Of a DNA stretch of 31,237 bases, positions 1 to 10,568 are shown in pieces. The stretch spans positions 1-31,237 of the forward strand of contig JBEQLE010000051.1 in NCBI GenBank assembly GCA_040326155.1, in the 5' to 3' direction. A program made the position numbers and the translations under genes. The notes beneath the pieces are model-generated. The model saw only the letters and a program-made list of their open reading frames with translations, had not been told where the DNA came from and made no database searches. Source of the stretch: Leptospirales bacterium (GTDB taxonomy: Bacteria > Spirochaetota > Leptospiria > Turneriellales > JAOUFE01). Position 1 is the stretch's first letter. Every line of letters begins with the position of its first letter.

Positions 1-2
1 AT

Positions 3-389
3 GTGGTATTAGAACTTGTCGGGGGAAAAATCTACAAGGAAAGTGTAGAAATGTTGGCCCAACCTGGACAAATAGTAATTATAGGGGTCAGCTCGATCGA
101 TTTTAGTAAAATAAATCCATTCACCTGGCTACAAGCTGTGAAAACTATTCCCCGATTCAATTTTCAAGGACTTATGCAAAAATCATACGGGGTATCATCT
201 GTCCATCTCGGGTTTATGCTGCCTAAAAAAGAGAGACTTCTGAAGATATGGACGGAAGCAACAAAATTTATGCGGAAACATAAGCTAAAACCACTTATTG
301 GAAAAGTCTTTTCTTTTGAAGACCTACCCAAAGCTCAGTTGTATATGGAATCGAGAAAAAGCCATGGTAAAGTTATTATAAAGTTGTAA
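3..389 (+). CDS. C-terminal part of a medium-chain dehydrogenase/reductase (quinone oxidoreductase / VAT-1-like); 5'-truncated by the window edge
   Basis: Typical MDR C-terminus: LELVGG...GQIVIIG...LKPLIGKVFSFEDLPKAQLYMESRKSHGKVII. Confidence 0.8.
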   Translation: MVLELVGGKIYKESVEMLAQPGQIVIIGVSSIDFSKINPFTWLQAVKTIPRFNFQGLMQKSYGVSSVHLGFMLPKKERLLKIWTEATKFMRKHKLKPLIGKVFSFEDLPKAQLYMESRKSHGKVIIKL

Positions 390-418
390 TGCATAAAACA
401 TGAGAAGTTCCGGTCCAA

Positions 419-446
419 AACTGGGTCGAAAATTCCCCACCCAGTT
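419..446. repeat. Hairpin AACTGGGT-N12-ACCCAGTT that contains a reverse-strand variant (424-441) of the dispersed 18-mer; possible terminator
   Basis: 8-bp perfect stem 30 nt after the stop at 389. The reverse complement reads GGTGGGGAATTTTCGACC, 2 mismatches from the 18-mer. Confidence 0.6.
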
Positions 447-596
447 GAAAAGTTTGTCTCAAGTTTATGCCTGTTTTTAGTCATATTTTTTATTTTTCCT
501 CGCCAAATGTTTTATTTAATGTTAACTTATTAACGTTGTTTGATCCGATAATGGAACAAGCAGTAAAAACAATTGTGATAAGGAGGTATGAGTTGA

Positions 597-1352
597 ATGA
601 AAACAACAAATAACAAATCAAGAGCTGTAAAAAAATACAGTATTCTAACCCTGGCGGTGGTAGCTTCGATCGCCTTGATCTATCAAAACAATTCAGAACA
701 GTATACCACAACGAAAAATCAAAACAGCGAACTGGAGACTGCCAAAGAAACGCTAAATACCAGCTTCGAGCTCATAAACGAATCGGCCAGGTCGACAACA
801 AACGGGCAAGCAGTCGTTACGATTATTTTGCAATCGTCTGCTACAACGCTTCAAAAGTACCGGGCCATTTACGCGACACTCAAGAGAATTGAAATTCTTG
901 ATGAAAAACAAGGGTGGATTACCATACAAGACTTTTCAGGTGATGGTAAGTTGGTAAACCTTCTCGATCTGTCGATTGTGTCTACGGACTTTGGAAAAGC
1001 GTCGGCCCCGGCAGGCCACTATAAAGCCTTTCGTCTCTCTTTTGAAAGTGAAAAAACATTTGCCGTATTAAACTCAGGCTCAGGTAACGAGCCGGTATTT
1101 ATTCGTTCCCTGTCACAAGAGCTGGGTTCGCTGCAAATACAAAAAGACTTTAGAATTAAACACAATTACTTCACGAGTATAACCCTGCGGCTTGATCTTG
1201 AAAATTCAATATTAACTTACAATCGGTTGAATCGATTGTACCCGAAGCAAGTTAAAAAATCGTCTTATTCAAAAGCAAAAGGCGAATTATTCTGGAGACC
1301 CAAAGGCAACTTCCGAAGTATTCGCTCTAACGAGTTTCCAAGCCAGACTTAA
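597..1352 (+). CDS. Membrane-anchored or exported DUF4382-like protein
   Basis: SD AGGAGG at 581-586, an N-terminal hydrophobic segment, and the motifs LKRIEI..W...VNLLDL...PAGHYKAFRL...ITLRLDL typical of DUF4382. Confidence 0.65.
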   Translation: MKTTNNKSRAVKKYSILTLAVVASIALIYQNNSEQYTTTKNQNSELETAKETLNTSFELINESARSTTNGQAVVTIILQSSATTLQKYRAIYATLKRIEILDEKQGWITIQDFSGDGKLVNLLDLSIVSTDFGKASAPAGHYKAFRLSFESEKTFAVLNSGSGNEPVFIRSLSQELGSLQIQKDFRIKHNYFTSITLRLDLENSILTYNRLNRLYPKQVKKSSYSKAKGELFWRPKGNFRSIRSNEFPSQT

Positions 1353-1425
1353 ATTCCAGAACCCTGGCCGCCCAACTCGCTAAATACGCGAAAAAAGCCA
1401 AAGCCGTTGAGACCAATTTCGTTTC

Positions 1426-1854
1426 TCACGGCTCGGCTTTGAGCTTTTTACCCAGATCAACCAGTTCGCCAAACACCATGAAAACACCTTCGTTTTTAGT
1501 GCGTAAAAAAGGATACCATTGGGCCGTGTCTCCCTCGATCGGAACCACTTTAATTACTGTATCGCTCAAAATACCATCTCGAATATATTGAGAAAATTGT
1601 TCGGGACTCTGCCAGAACTGAATCGATAAATCTCCAATAATAGTATAGTCGGCGGCGTTAATTTGTTGTTGTATTTTTTTGGACACAATCAGTTCAAACG
1701 TGAATGTTCCCAGTTTTTCCGGCGTCTCGGTTTTACAGATTACGGAAATGCTTATAGAAAGTATAGGAGGCGGTCCGTCGCTCAGCCCGATTTTAGACTC
1801 GTCATATAAAACGTCTGTAACAACGCTGGCACAATCACCCGAAATTTTATACAC
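1426..1854 (-). CDS. Hypothetical protein (142 aa)
   Basis: GTG start behind a purine-rich GAAGGTGGGGGA; plausible globular composition; fills the gap downstream of the 985-aa gene. No recognisable motif. Confidence 0.5.
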   Translation of the reverse strand: MYKISGDCASVVTDVLYDESKIGLSDGPPPILSISISVICKTETPEKLGTFTFELIVSKKIQQQINAADYTIIGDLSIQFWQSPEQFSQYIRDGILSDTVIKVVPIEGDTAQWYPFLRTKNEGVFMVFGELVDLGKKLKAEP

Positions 1855-1950
1855 TCCCCCACCTTCACCGAACCGGTAAAGGTTTTTATAATTTTGCAGG
1901 GGGCAAGTCTGCCCCCACGTTTTGGCTTTTTAGAACTAAACCTTGAAGCG

Positions 1951-1980
1951 TGCCGTCAAAAACCACGTTTTTTGACGGCA
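1951..1980. terminator. 12-bp perfect inverted repeat, probable terminator or stabilising hairpin downstream of the 985-aa gene
   Basis: TGCCGTCAAAAA-ccacgt-TTTTTGACGGCA. A second hairpin, GGGGGCA-agtc-TGCCCCC, lies at 1899-1916. Confidence 0.55.
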
Positions 1981-2114
1981 AAAAACTTTAAACGATTATC
2001 GATCAAACGGAGCATCAAAAAACCGAAGGTTATTTTGATCCAATAAAAGAGCCGCCACTACCCCCGACGTATTTTGCCAAGAGGTGGTTTATCGATATAG
2101 TATTTTTGGTGACC

Positions 2115-5072
2115 TCAGTGGACTTGTAAACGCCGTAGTAAAATAACCCCGTACACGACTCCCCGGCCATCGTTATAATCGGCCTGGTGAAAGTTCGGAA
2201 AACCACCTGCATATCCATTGCGCACAGCGTAATCGTGTACGGCCCGAAAGCGCACCTCGAAACCGGACGGATTACCCAGCTCTTTCGCCGGAACATCCAA
2301 CCTCACAACATTATTTGATTTCGGAATCAAGATGATTCCATAAACAACCCCTTGTCCGTAATCGGCTTGATGGAAATTCGGAAATCCCGCAGCAAAACCG
2401 TTACGAACCGCGTAATCGTTCACCGCGCGAAATCTCGCCGGACCGTCAGGTGGATTACCCAACTCGCTCGCAAAAGGTGTACGCATGCCTGCTCCGCTTC
2501 CGGGTAATAGCAAAACAGTTCCATAGACAAGACCTTTTCCGTAGTCAGCCTGGTGAAAGTTCGGATAACCTCCGGAAAAACCGGTTTTATGCGCATAATC
2601 GTGTACTGCGCGAAATTTTGCCCCGACATCACCCGGGTTACCCAGGGCCGAAGCATACACGTCTTTCACTGTGGAATACCCCGGTGGCACCGGCTTCGCT
2701 TTACAACAGTAAGCAGCATTATAAGGCTCGCCCACATCGATCATATCAAGTTTATCACAGCGTGAAGTAGCAGGACTGCCGCCGAGAGCGCTACAAGATT
2801 TATAACATTGGTCTCCTTTAGGTCCCCATGTATGCGAAGGCTGCGTGTTCGGGTCACAAGATGGCCTGCAACAAAATGGCACATCATACGCGTCAGTTAC
2901 AGTTGGTCGCATATTGTTATTAGCGCACGCATCCAGATGGCCTTGCGTTCCGCCGGCGCCACCACAAGATAGTAAACATTGCCCATTCCTGACTCCATTA
3001 TGTATCGGAGGCTGGGTGGTATCCCAATGGCATCTCTGAAGGCGAGATTCGGCTTCCCGTTCATCGTCATAAGCAGGTCTTTCCACAGCATTGCCTTCAC
3101 CCATCCCATGCCCCTTGACGATTTCACTCGAATAGTCACAAGCGAATGTCCGGAATCCCCTATCCCTTATTTGCTGAATATGGTGGAACTCATGCACAAG
3201 AAGTTCGGCAAACTTTTCGCGAGACTTGCCTTTGTATTTATTGTTGATTAAAATAAGCTCGGGCAATGGTACCATGCCTTCACCGTAACCCGTGAGTCTA
3301 TCACAATACTTAATACTGATATTATTGAGTGATTCGGGATTCATTAGAATCGAAGAAACAAGTTCCAGCGCCCTGACCACCTCTGCATTGTCATTGATGT
3401 TGGGGTTGGCGTAACAACTGGCGGCGACACTTCCTGTGTATGTGGCAAACGGCACTGCACAGGATGTTCGTAAAAGATCTGTAATTCCTTTTGGGACGCC
3501 CGCTCCTTCCAATATGCCCAACGTTAGATTTACCACCGGAGGAATGATACTTGCGCCCACTCCCGTTACCCTTTTAACCGCCTTGCTGAACATGCTAAAG
3601 TGATTCGTTTTCGCCGTGATCACACCACGGGCTTCATCTACAACCGAAGGGAGCGAAACCCAGACTTTTCTTTTCTCATCGAAGTAGACAATGCCCAGCT
3701 CTTTCGGTTTAATACCAAGATTCCGCAATTCCTCTTTAGAGTAGCTCATTGAGATGTCGATTTCAGATTGAAACGTTGTCCCATGCGGCCCGAAATTGAA
3801 AGTGTTCCCCAACCGCCGATAGTACGCATCTCCTCCCTTTGGGACTTCAATAGGAAGTAACATTCCAGAGGGAATGGCATTGTCTGATGGAGTAATGGTC
3901 AACACGAGATCGGATTTCACCGCTCCGGATGGTATTTTTAAACTGACCTTTTGTGCAGCGTACCCTTTTGAAGCTTTTACCGGCAGCTGCATTTCACCGC
4001 CCGCCGAGGAGGTAACACGTCGCTCGGCCCCCTTCGAGTAATCGGAAGTAAAAACCTGGTTTGGTATTATAGTAGTATTGCCGGCTTTGTCGGTTGCCTT
4101 GAGGCTCCAGGTATGTTTACCTTGTGTCCATTGCTGAGCCGGTACAAATAATACATTTGGCCCAAGCGTACTATTATGTGATGCACCATCTACATCAAAC
4201 CATACCTTTACCAGACCGGAAAATGCATCGCTCACATTTCCTTTAAGGGGAAGTTTTACATCTTTAAAAACGCCTTTGTGTGCCGGGCTTCCTTTAATTC
4301 TGACAACAGGCGCTACACGATCAATGGTCAGCGCAGAGTAACCGGTTAACGGTTTACACCCTTTGAGGGACAAAACCCACTCGCCTTCGCCTGAAACAGA
4401 TTGCAATATTTTTTTAGCTTGAGCCAGTTCTTTGCTTATTAGATTTTTAAAATCTTTATTTTCAGTTTCCGAGCCGTCGTTAATTTTTATATCAACAGTG
4501 AGCATCGCCGGGCTTTTACCTCGGGGTTGACCCTTTTTCAAGCGCAAGTGTCCTTCGTGACGTCTACCCAGATCGGGTTGGCAAAAACGTGGTAAGGCTA
4601 CCAGCCTGTCAAGAATCGGTTTAGCCGCAGCGACAAGATCAGTTCCATCTGACTTGAGCGTCCCCACAACGCCACCCGCCGTATAGGAGTACTTTCCGTC
4701 GGGAATCTTCGCTGCGCTCCAATCGAGGTTCCATTCGACCGATTGTTCTTTCTGTTGGGTTTTATAATAATTGAATGAAGCCACCGCCGATTTGTCTTTA
4801 TTGATCACATGGAGAAAACCCAGAATCGCCAGACTGTGACTCTTTTTATCTTGCTGATTGGTTTGAACCAGTTTTTCAGCTACCTCATATTGTATCTTTA
4901 GTACGGTATTATCTTGAATACCGTCTTTGTTCGGACTGATTGCCGGGAACTCTGATGAAAACGAAACAATTTGTATGTCGCCATTTTCTTCACCGCTCAG
5001 ACTGAGAATCAATGTAGAAATGGAGAGTATAATAACCGAGAACGCAATAACTGTTTTTCTTTGAAATAGCAA
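2115..5072 (-). CDS. Large secreted multidomain protein: signal/anchor, FlgD-Ig-like, Ig-like, ZU5-like, DUF4157-like HExxH metallopeptidase fold, 2 Cys-rich repeats, 3 C-terminal 61-aa repeats
   Basis: TTG start with SD AGGAAGGA; ISPNKDGIQD; ATDKAGN; LKIPSGAV...FGPHGTTF...TNHFSMF; LLVHEFHHIQQ...N.VE..A; three copies of LGNP....RFRAV.DYA...G..GG.PNFHQADY..G.VYG. Confidence 0.8.
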   Translation of the reverse strand: MLFQRKTVIAFSVIILSISTLILSLSGEENGDIQIVSFSSEFPAISPNKDGIQDNTVLKIQYEVAEKLVQTNQQDKKSHSLAILGFLHVINKDKSAVASFNYYKTQQKEQSVEWNLDWSAAKIPDGKYSYTAGGVVGTLKSDGTDLVAAAKPILDRLVALPRFCQPDLGRRHEGHLRLKKGQPRGKSPAMLTVDIKINDGSETENKDFKNLISKELAQAKKILQSVSGEGEWVLSLKGCKPLTGYSALTIDRVAPVVRIKGSPAHKGVFKDVKLPLKGNVSDAFSGLVKVWFDVDGASHNSTLGPNVLFVPAQQWTQGKHTWSLKATDKAGNTTIIPNQVFTSDYSKGAERRVTSSAGGEMQLPVKASKGYAAQKVSLKIPSGAVKSDLVLTITPSDNAIPSGMLLPIEVPKGGDAYYRRLGNTFNFGPHGTTFQSEIDISMSYSKEELRNLGIKPKELGIVYFDEKRKVWVSLPSVVDEARGVITAKTNHFSMFSKAVKRVTGVGASIIPPVVNLTLGILEGAGVPKGITDLLRTSCAVPFATYTGSVAASCYANPNINDNAEVVRALELVSSILMNPESLNNISIKYCDRLTGYGEGMVPLPELILINNKYKGKSREKFAELLVHEFHHIQQIRDRGFRTFACDYSSEIVKGHGMGEGNAVERPAYDDEREAESRLQRCHWDTTQPPIHNGVRNGQCLLSCGGAGGTQGHLDACANNNMRPTVTDAYDVPFCCRPSCDPNTQPSHTWGPKGDQCYKSCSALGGSPATSRCDKLDMIDVGEPYNAAYCCKAKPVPPGYSTVKDVYASALGNPGDVGAKFRAVHDYAHKTGFSGGYPNFHQADYGKGLVYGTVLLLPGSGAGMRTPFASELGNPPDGPARFRAVNDYAVRNGFAAGFPNFHQADYGQGVVYGIILIPKSNNVVRLDVPAKELGNPSGFEVRFRAVHDYAVRNGYAGGFPNFHQADYNDGRGVVYGVILLRRLQVH
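2135..2660 (-). repeat. Three intragenic tandem repeats with a 183-nt (61-aa) period
   Basis: The codons for PNFHQADY end on the + strand at 2564, 2381 and 2198, each 183 nt apart. Confidence 0.9.
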
Positions 5073-5525
5073 ATTTCCTTCCTGTTTTCATTATTTAGTT
5101 TTCAATCGTAAACATTACAACGAAAATACGACAAAAAACACATTACAATAGTTAACACAAATACGACTTTTAACTTAATTTTGTTTCTACATATATCTAT
5201 GTCGATAATATGTAAAGATTTATTATTTTATTTGGAAATTTTTCTTTTTATCAGGGATCTAAACCAGGGTGTGTTCACTTTTCGCAAACCCCATTAAAGT
5301 ACCTACACAAAGTATGATTTTCGTGATTTCGCAAAAACCGACCTTTGGTCAAGCCCGATGCCTGGTTTAATGTCAAAACTATAGAGTTTAAAATATGAAT
5401 GGTGGTAGCATTGACGTCAAAATCTCTGAAGAACAATGAAAAACTTTGGATTTCTTTATTCGAAGTTCTTCCTTTCTAAGTCCATATTGTACCCCTTGTA
5501 AAAAAAGGGATACATTTTCTGAAAC

Positions 5526-6080
5526 TTATTCAGCCTTTTTTATTTTTACTTTTACAGAACCGAAAGCAACATTTATATTAACGATCAAGTGTGGCTTGCT
5601 CTCGTCGTATGTCGGCGTTTTAAACTCGGTTTTACCGAAGGCGTTGCCTTTTTGCTCGGGTAACGTGGCTTCGCCAAAAGCGACATTTACTGTAAATCGG
5701 ACTGGTTGTTTTGCGTTATAATAGACAACATTTTCGCCAAAAACAGTATTGACTTCTATGGTTTTATTCTTACCTTCGAGTACAATTTTGCTTAGGTCAC
5801 TTTTTCCTTTTCCGAAAATGACGTTAAAGCGATCTTCCCCTTTTTGGGCGTGGAACGAACCTTCCCCGAAAAAAACATGCCTGGAATCGCCACACGCAAG
5901 AGGACGCCCCCATACTATACTGAGTCCCAGAATGACGATAAAAAGACCAAGCAAGGTTCGAAAAACAGGTATGTTAATATTAAAATAAGCTTTTAATATT
6001 ACCGATACACCGACTAAAATAATTACAATTCCCCAGAATGTACCCGTAAATAGAAAATTCATTTTCACTGTGCCCCTCAT
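5526..6080 (-). CDS. LiaF/DUF2154-like membrane protein (cell-envelope stress response family); true start may be MNFLF at ~6062
   Basis: Two N-terminal TM helices (FWGIVIILVGVSVIL) followed by repeated beta strands N(V/T)(I/V/A)FG. Confidence 0.7.
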   Translation of the reverse strand: MRGTVKMNFLFTGTFWGIVIILVGVSVILKAYFNINIPVFRTLLGLFIVILGLSIVWGRPLACGDSRHVFFGEGSFHAQKGEDRFNVIFGKGKSDLSKIVLEGKNKTIEVNTVFGENVVYYNAKQPVRFTVNVAFGEATLPEQKGNAFGKTEFKTPTYDESKPHLIVNINVAFGSVKVKIKKAE

Positions 6081-6333
6081 TATTTTAAATCTATAATAGA
6101 TATTTTATTTCAACTATATTCAAAATAGTCTCACCCATTATTACAAATATAGTTTTATTGTAACTACTTTTTTACAAATCTATTATACGGGGAAAACGGG
6201 TATCTTTCCGAGCCCGAACTTCTTTTTTCCCCCCACTACGACTTTTTTATAAGGTCACAAGATCTTGTGCCCTTATAAAAAGAGTCTCCGCTTCCCCTTT
6301 TATACTATTTCGGGTTCTCTGCCAGTTTTTTCT

Positions 6334-6351
6334 GGTGGGGAATTTCAGACC
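6334..6351 (+). repeat. Dispersed 18-mer GGTGGGGAATTTCAGACC, copy 1
   Basis: Exact match to 23244-23261, 26082-26099 and 28717-28734. Confidence 0.9.
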
Positions 6352-6385
6352 AAAATCGTCGGCCTGACTCTTAAGCCGGAATTGG

Positions 6386-9300
6386 TTGACGGGAAGATAC
6401 AAATTCGGGCATTTGAGCAGGTTGAAAAACCAAGGCCAAACAAAAAACCCAAAAACAAAAGACCGATTCTGGATAGACCGGGGGGGAACATTTACGGACA
6501 TCATCCGGCAAGACCCCGATGGAAAATTGACCACTTTAAAACTATTGTCTGAAAACCCGGGCCAATATCGCGACGCTGCCATAGAGGGAATACGGCAATT
6601 ATTGAAACTAAAACCTGGTGAAAAACCACCTCGCCTGGAATCGGTCAAAATGGGAACGACGATTGCCACCAATGCCCTGCTTGAAAGACGCGGAGACAAA
6701 ACAATCTTAATTGTTACCAAAGGATTCGGGGACGCTTTAAAAATCGGCTACCAGAATCGACCCAGAATTTTTGAAATTAATATTAAACTCTCACTCCAGC
6801 TATACGAAAAAGTTATAGAAGCGCCGGAAAGAATCGGACCCGATGGAACTATTTTTCAACAACTCGACCTTGAAGAAATTACCCCGGCCTTGAAAAAAGC
6901 CCGCAAAGAAGGAATCGCCTCGGTAGCCATTTGCCTGATGCATGGATATCGCTACCCCGCTCATGAAATTCGCATAGGCAAGCTGTGCGAAAAAATCGGG
7001 TTTACACGAATTTCACTAAGCCACAAAGTTGGCCCGTTAATTAAATTTATCTCTCGGGCTGAAACCACCGTAGCCGACGCCTACCTATCGCCGATTTTAC
7101 GACGGTATGTAAAAAGCATTGAAACCGCTTTGCCGCCCGCAAAACTCTACTTTATGCAATCCTCCGGGGGAACAACCGGGGCTGAGCGCTTTCACGGTAA
7201 AGACGCCGTTTTGTCGGGACCCGCAGGAGGGGTCATCGGGATGGTTAAAACTGCAAAAAAAGCCGGTTTTAACAAAGTAATCGGTTTTGACATGGGGGGA
7301 ACTTCAACCGATGTCTCTCACTTTAACGGAGAATTGGAGAGAACGAATGAAGCCGAAGTGGCGGGTATAAAAATAAGAGTGCCGATGTTGAACATTCATA
7401 CTGTGGCCGCCGGCGGAGGGTCGATCTGCCACTTTACCGGGGGGCGATATCGAGTGGGACCGCAAAGTTCCGGAGCCCTGCCCGGACCTGCCTGCTACCG
7501 AAACGGGGGACCGTTGAGCGTCACCGATTGCAACATAATTACAGGCAAAATTGACCCGGAATATTTTCCCTCAGTTTTTGGACCAGGTAAAAACCTCCCG
7601 CCAGATAAAACCCCCTCGATAGCAAAAATGAAAGAACTTGCTGAGCAGATTAAAGCCGAAACCGGAACCCTGCCAACTATACCTGAAATCGCCGAAGGGT
7701 TCATCAACATAGCGGTAGACAATATGGCCAGGGCGATAAAAAAAATTTCCATAGAACGCGGCTACGATTTAAGAAAATATCTGCTCAACTGTTTTGGCGG
7801 AGCCGGTGGCCAACATGCCTGCCTGGTAGCCGAGACCCTTGGAATTTCATCGATTTTAATACATGAACATGCCGGCGTTTTATCCGCATATGGAATAGGA
7901 GTATCGGACTTATCTACCATGGAAGAAAACTCCGTTGAAAAACCATGGCGCCCCGAAACAATACCATTTTTAGAACAACTTTTTGACGCGCTCAAAAAAA
8001 CAGCGCGAACGACTATAGCACAGCAAGGATTTTTAGAAAACAATATTGAAACGGTAAAAACCATTTATCTGCGCTACCTCGACTCCGATGTTTCCATACA
8101 GGTTAATTATAACTATACTAAGAACGATTATCATTTGTCTGTCGATTCGGCTCAGGTTGAATTTGAGAAAAAACACCGTGCGCGATATGGTTTTATACAT
8201 CCCGAAAAGGAGCTGATCGTTGAAACCGCGTCAGTCGAATGCATTGGCAAAAATCCCGAAGAAATTACAGAGGAACAAATCAACGAAAAACGAAGCGAAC
8301 CTATCGTAAACTTGCAAAGCCAATGGAATAAAAACAGTAAAACCAATACGACAAAACCGACGCCTCGAAAGACACTCAACATAAGAACCAAAGGAAAAGA
8401 TTATAAAACTCCTTTGTATCATAAAGAAGATTTCAAGGAGAATTTTATATTAAAAGGGCCCGCCCTTATTATTGACCAAAACTCAACCATTGCAGTCGAA
8501 CCCGGATGGCAGGCCGAGTGGAACCGCCGAGGCTGGATACTGCTTCAAAAAATGGAGGATAAAAACGACCTGAAGGTTCAAAGCAAAATCGACAATAAAG
8601 AAAGTAAACCAGACCCGATTAAACTTGAAATATTTAACAATCTGTTTATGAATATCGCCGAACAAATGGGAGCGGTTTTGTCTAATACCGCGCAATCCGT
8701 TAATATAAAAGAGAGAAAAGATTTTTCATGCGCCTTGTTCGACGCAGCTGGAAACCTGATTGCGAACGCCCCTCATATACCCGTCCATCTGGGTTCCATG
8801 AGTGATTCCGTTCGTAGTATAAAAAACGCCGGGTTTGCCATACAACCTGGCGATGTCTTTGCCTTAAACGATCCTTTTAACGGAGGAACCCACCTGCCCG
8901 ATGTTACGGTAATTACACCCGTTTTTGCTCCCACTTCTACCACAGATATCGACAGCAACGAAAAAGGCGAAACAGACATTTTATTTTTTACAGGTTCAAG
9001 AGGACACCATGGAGATATCGGGGGAACAACTCCGGGCTCTATGCCCCCTCTTTCGAAAGACCCCGTTGAAGAGGGAGTGTTAATCGATCGCTTCTTGTTA
9101 AGCCGGGCGGGAAAATTGCGAGAACGTGAATTTATCGAATTGCTGAAGAAAGGAAAGTACCCCGCTCGAAACCCTATGCGAAATCTCGGTGACATAAAAG
9201 CGCAAATAGCCGCCAATGAAAAAGGCAAAGAGGAACTTCACAAAGCGGTTCGCGAGCTTGGCATCGAAGAAGTGAAGTCCTATATGGTTCATGTACAAAA

Positions 9301-10459
9301 TAATGGCGAAGAAAATGTACGTAGAGTAATTGCAAAACTCAAAAATGGATACTATGAAATAGAAATGGACAATGGTGCAAAAATCTGTGTGAAAGTTTCA
9401 GTTAACCAGAAAAAGCGTTCGGTTAAAATCGATTTCAAAGGAACATCCGAACAACAAAAAAATAACTTCAACGCGCCTGTGTCCATCTGTAGAGCGGCCG
9501 TTTTATATGTATTTCGCTGCCTGGTTAAAGACGACATACCTTTAAACGAAGGGTGTTTAAAACCAATCGAAATAATTCTTCCCAAAGGAACATTTTTGAA
9601 CCCCACACCGCCTGCTGCGGTGGTCGCTGGAAATGTCGAAACCTCACAGGCGATTGTCGACGCCCTGTTTGCGGCGCTTGATGAAATGGCCCCAAGCCAG
9701 GGAACCATGAATAATTTCACCTTTGGAGACGAAACCAACCAATACTACGAAACAATATGCGGCGGTTCCGGAGCTGGTCCCGGGTTTAACGGAACCGGAC
9801 CTGTGCATACCCATATGACAAATTCGAGGTTGACCGACCCCGAAATTCTGGAATGGCGCTACCCCGTGCTGGTTCAAGAATTTTCCATACGAAAAAATTC
9901 TGGAGGCGCGGGAAAGTGGAAAGGCGGCGATGGAGCTTTGCGGTTGATCACCTTCCTGAAAAAAATGGACGGGGCAATCTTGTCCAACAGAAGAGTTATT
10001 GCACCCTGCGGTTTAAACGGGGGTGAAAATGCAAAGCCGGGAATCAACCAGATTTTACGTAAAAACGGGCAAATAGAAAACCTGACTGGGTGTTGCGAGT
10101 TTACCTTAAATAAAGGTGATGTAATCAGTATAGCAACTCCGGGCGGCGCCGGATATAAGAAAAAGAGTATACTAAAGAAGAAACTAACCAAAAAGGAAAC
10201 AATGAACACTAAAGTAGACCCCAAATTGTTCGGCTTCTCATCGAGAACCATTATTGAAAAAGAAAATAACACCTATTTTATCGTAATAAATCGAAAAAGC
10301 CGAATTATAATGAAAGATTCTTTGCGACTACTGCAAATGGCAAAAACAATACAAAAAACCGTAAAAACAAAAGATATTACAATAAAAACCACCGCTCCGG
10401 TATGTTCGAAATCGATACTATTTTTTAAAGAAAATAATATCGATCTTGTACAGATCTAA
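6386..10459 (+). CDS. ATP-hydrolysing 5-oxoprolinase (fused hydantoinase A/B family) with an extra ~85-aa C-terminal module; start may be TTG 6422
   Basis: [108 protein letters not shown]. Confidence 0.93.
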   Translation: MTGRYKFGHLSRLKNQGQTKNPKTKDRFWIDRGGTFTDIIRQDPDGKLTTLKLLSENPGQYRDAAIEGIRQLLKLKPGEKPPRLESVKMGTTIATNALLERRGDKTILIVTKGFGDALKIGYQNRPRIFEINIKLSLQLYEKVIEAPERIGPDGTIFQQLDLEEITPALKKARKEGIASVAICLMHGYRYPAHEIRIGKLCEKIGFTRISLSHKVGPLIKFISRAETTVADAYLSPILRRYVKSIETALPPAKLYFMQSSGGTTGAERFHGKDAVLSGPAGGVIGMVKTAKKAGFNKVIGFDMGGTSTDVSHFNGELERTNEAEVAGIKIRVPMLNIHTVAAGGGSICHFTGGRYRVGPQSSGALPGPACYRNGGPLSVTDCNIITGKIDPEYFPSVFGPGKNLPPDKTPSIAKMKELAEQIKAETGTLPTIPEIAEGFINIAVDNMARAIKKISIERGYDLRKYLLNCFGGAGGQHACLVAETLGISSILIHEHAGVLSAYGIGVSDLSTMEENSVEKPWRPETIPFLEQLFDALKKTARTTIAQQGFLENNIETVKTIYLRYLDSDVSIQVNYNYTKNDYHLSVDSAQVEFEKKHRARYGFIHPEKELIVETASVECIGKNPEEITEEQINEKRSEPIVNLQSQWNKNSKTNTTKPTPRKTLNIRTKGKDYKTPLYHKEDFKENFILKGPALIIDQNSTIAVEPGWQAEWNRRGWILLQKMEDKNDLKVQSKIDNKESKPDPIKLEIFNNLFMNIAEQMGAVLSNTAQSVNIKERKDFSCALFDAAGNLIANAPHIPVHLGSMSDSVRSIKNAGFAIQPGDVFALNDPFNGGTHLPDVTVITPVFAPTSTTDIDSNEKGETDILFFTGSRGHHGDIGGTTPGSMPPLSKDPVEEGVLIDRFLLSRAGKLREREFIELLKKGKYPARNPMRNLGDIKAQIAANEKGKEELHKAVRELGIEEVKSYMVHVQNNGEENVRRVIAKLKNGYYEIEMDNGAKICVKVSVNQKKRSVKIDFKGTSEQQKNNFNAPVSICRAAVLYVFRCLVKDDIPLNEGCLKPIEIILPKGTFLNPTPPAAVVAGNVETSQAIVDALFAALDEMAPSQGTMNNFTFGDETNQYYETICGGSGAGPGFNGTGPVHTHMTNSRLTDPEILEWRYPVLVQEFSIRKNSGGAGKWKGGDGALRLITFLKKMDGAILSNRRVIAPCGLNGGENAKPGINQILRKNGQIENLTGCCEFTLNKGDVISIATPGGAGYKKKSILKKKLTKKETMNTKVDPKLFGFSSRTIIEKENNTYFIVINRKSRIIMKDSLRLLQMAKTIQKTVKTKDITIKTTAPVCSKSILFFKENNIDLVQI

Positions 10460-10568
10460 AACAGGGACCTGCGTGGGCGGCAAATCTTACGTTTAAACCA
10501 AAAACTCCTTTTCAGAACCAAAACCTCAATAGAATCGTCCATGAAGATCATTAGTAAAGAAGGAACAC

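Noticed and set aside
2135..2660. Diversity-generating retroelement VR/TR pair
   Set aside because: The repeats are in-frame protein repeats whose differences are not adenine-specific, and no reverse transcriptase is present.
6247..10272. Multiple antisense and alternate-frame ORFs over the oxoprolinase gene (likewise over the 985-aa, rSAM, SDR, MMPL and cysS genes)
   Set aside because: Shadow ORFs of long, well-supported genes.
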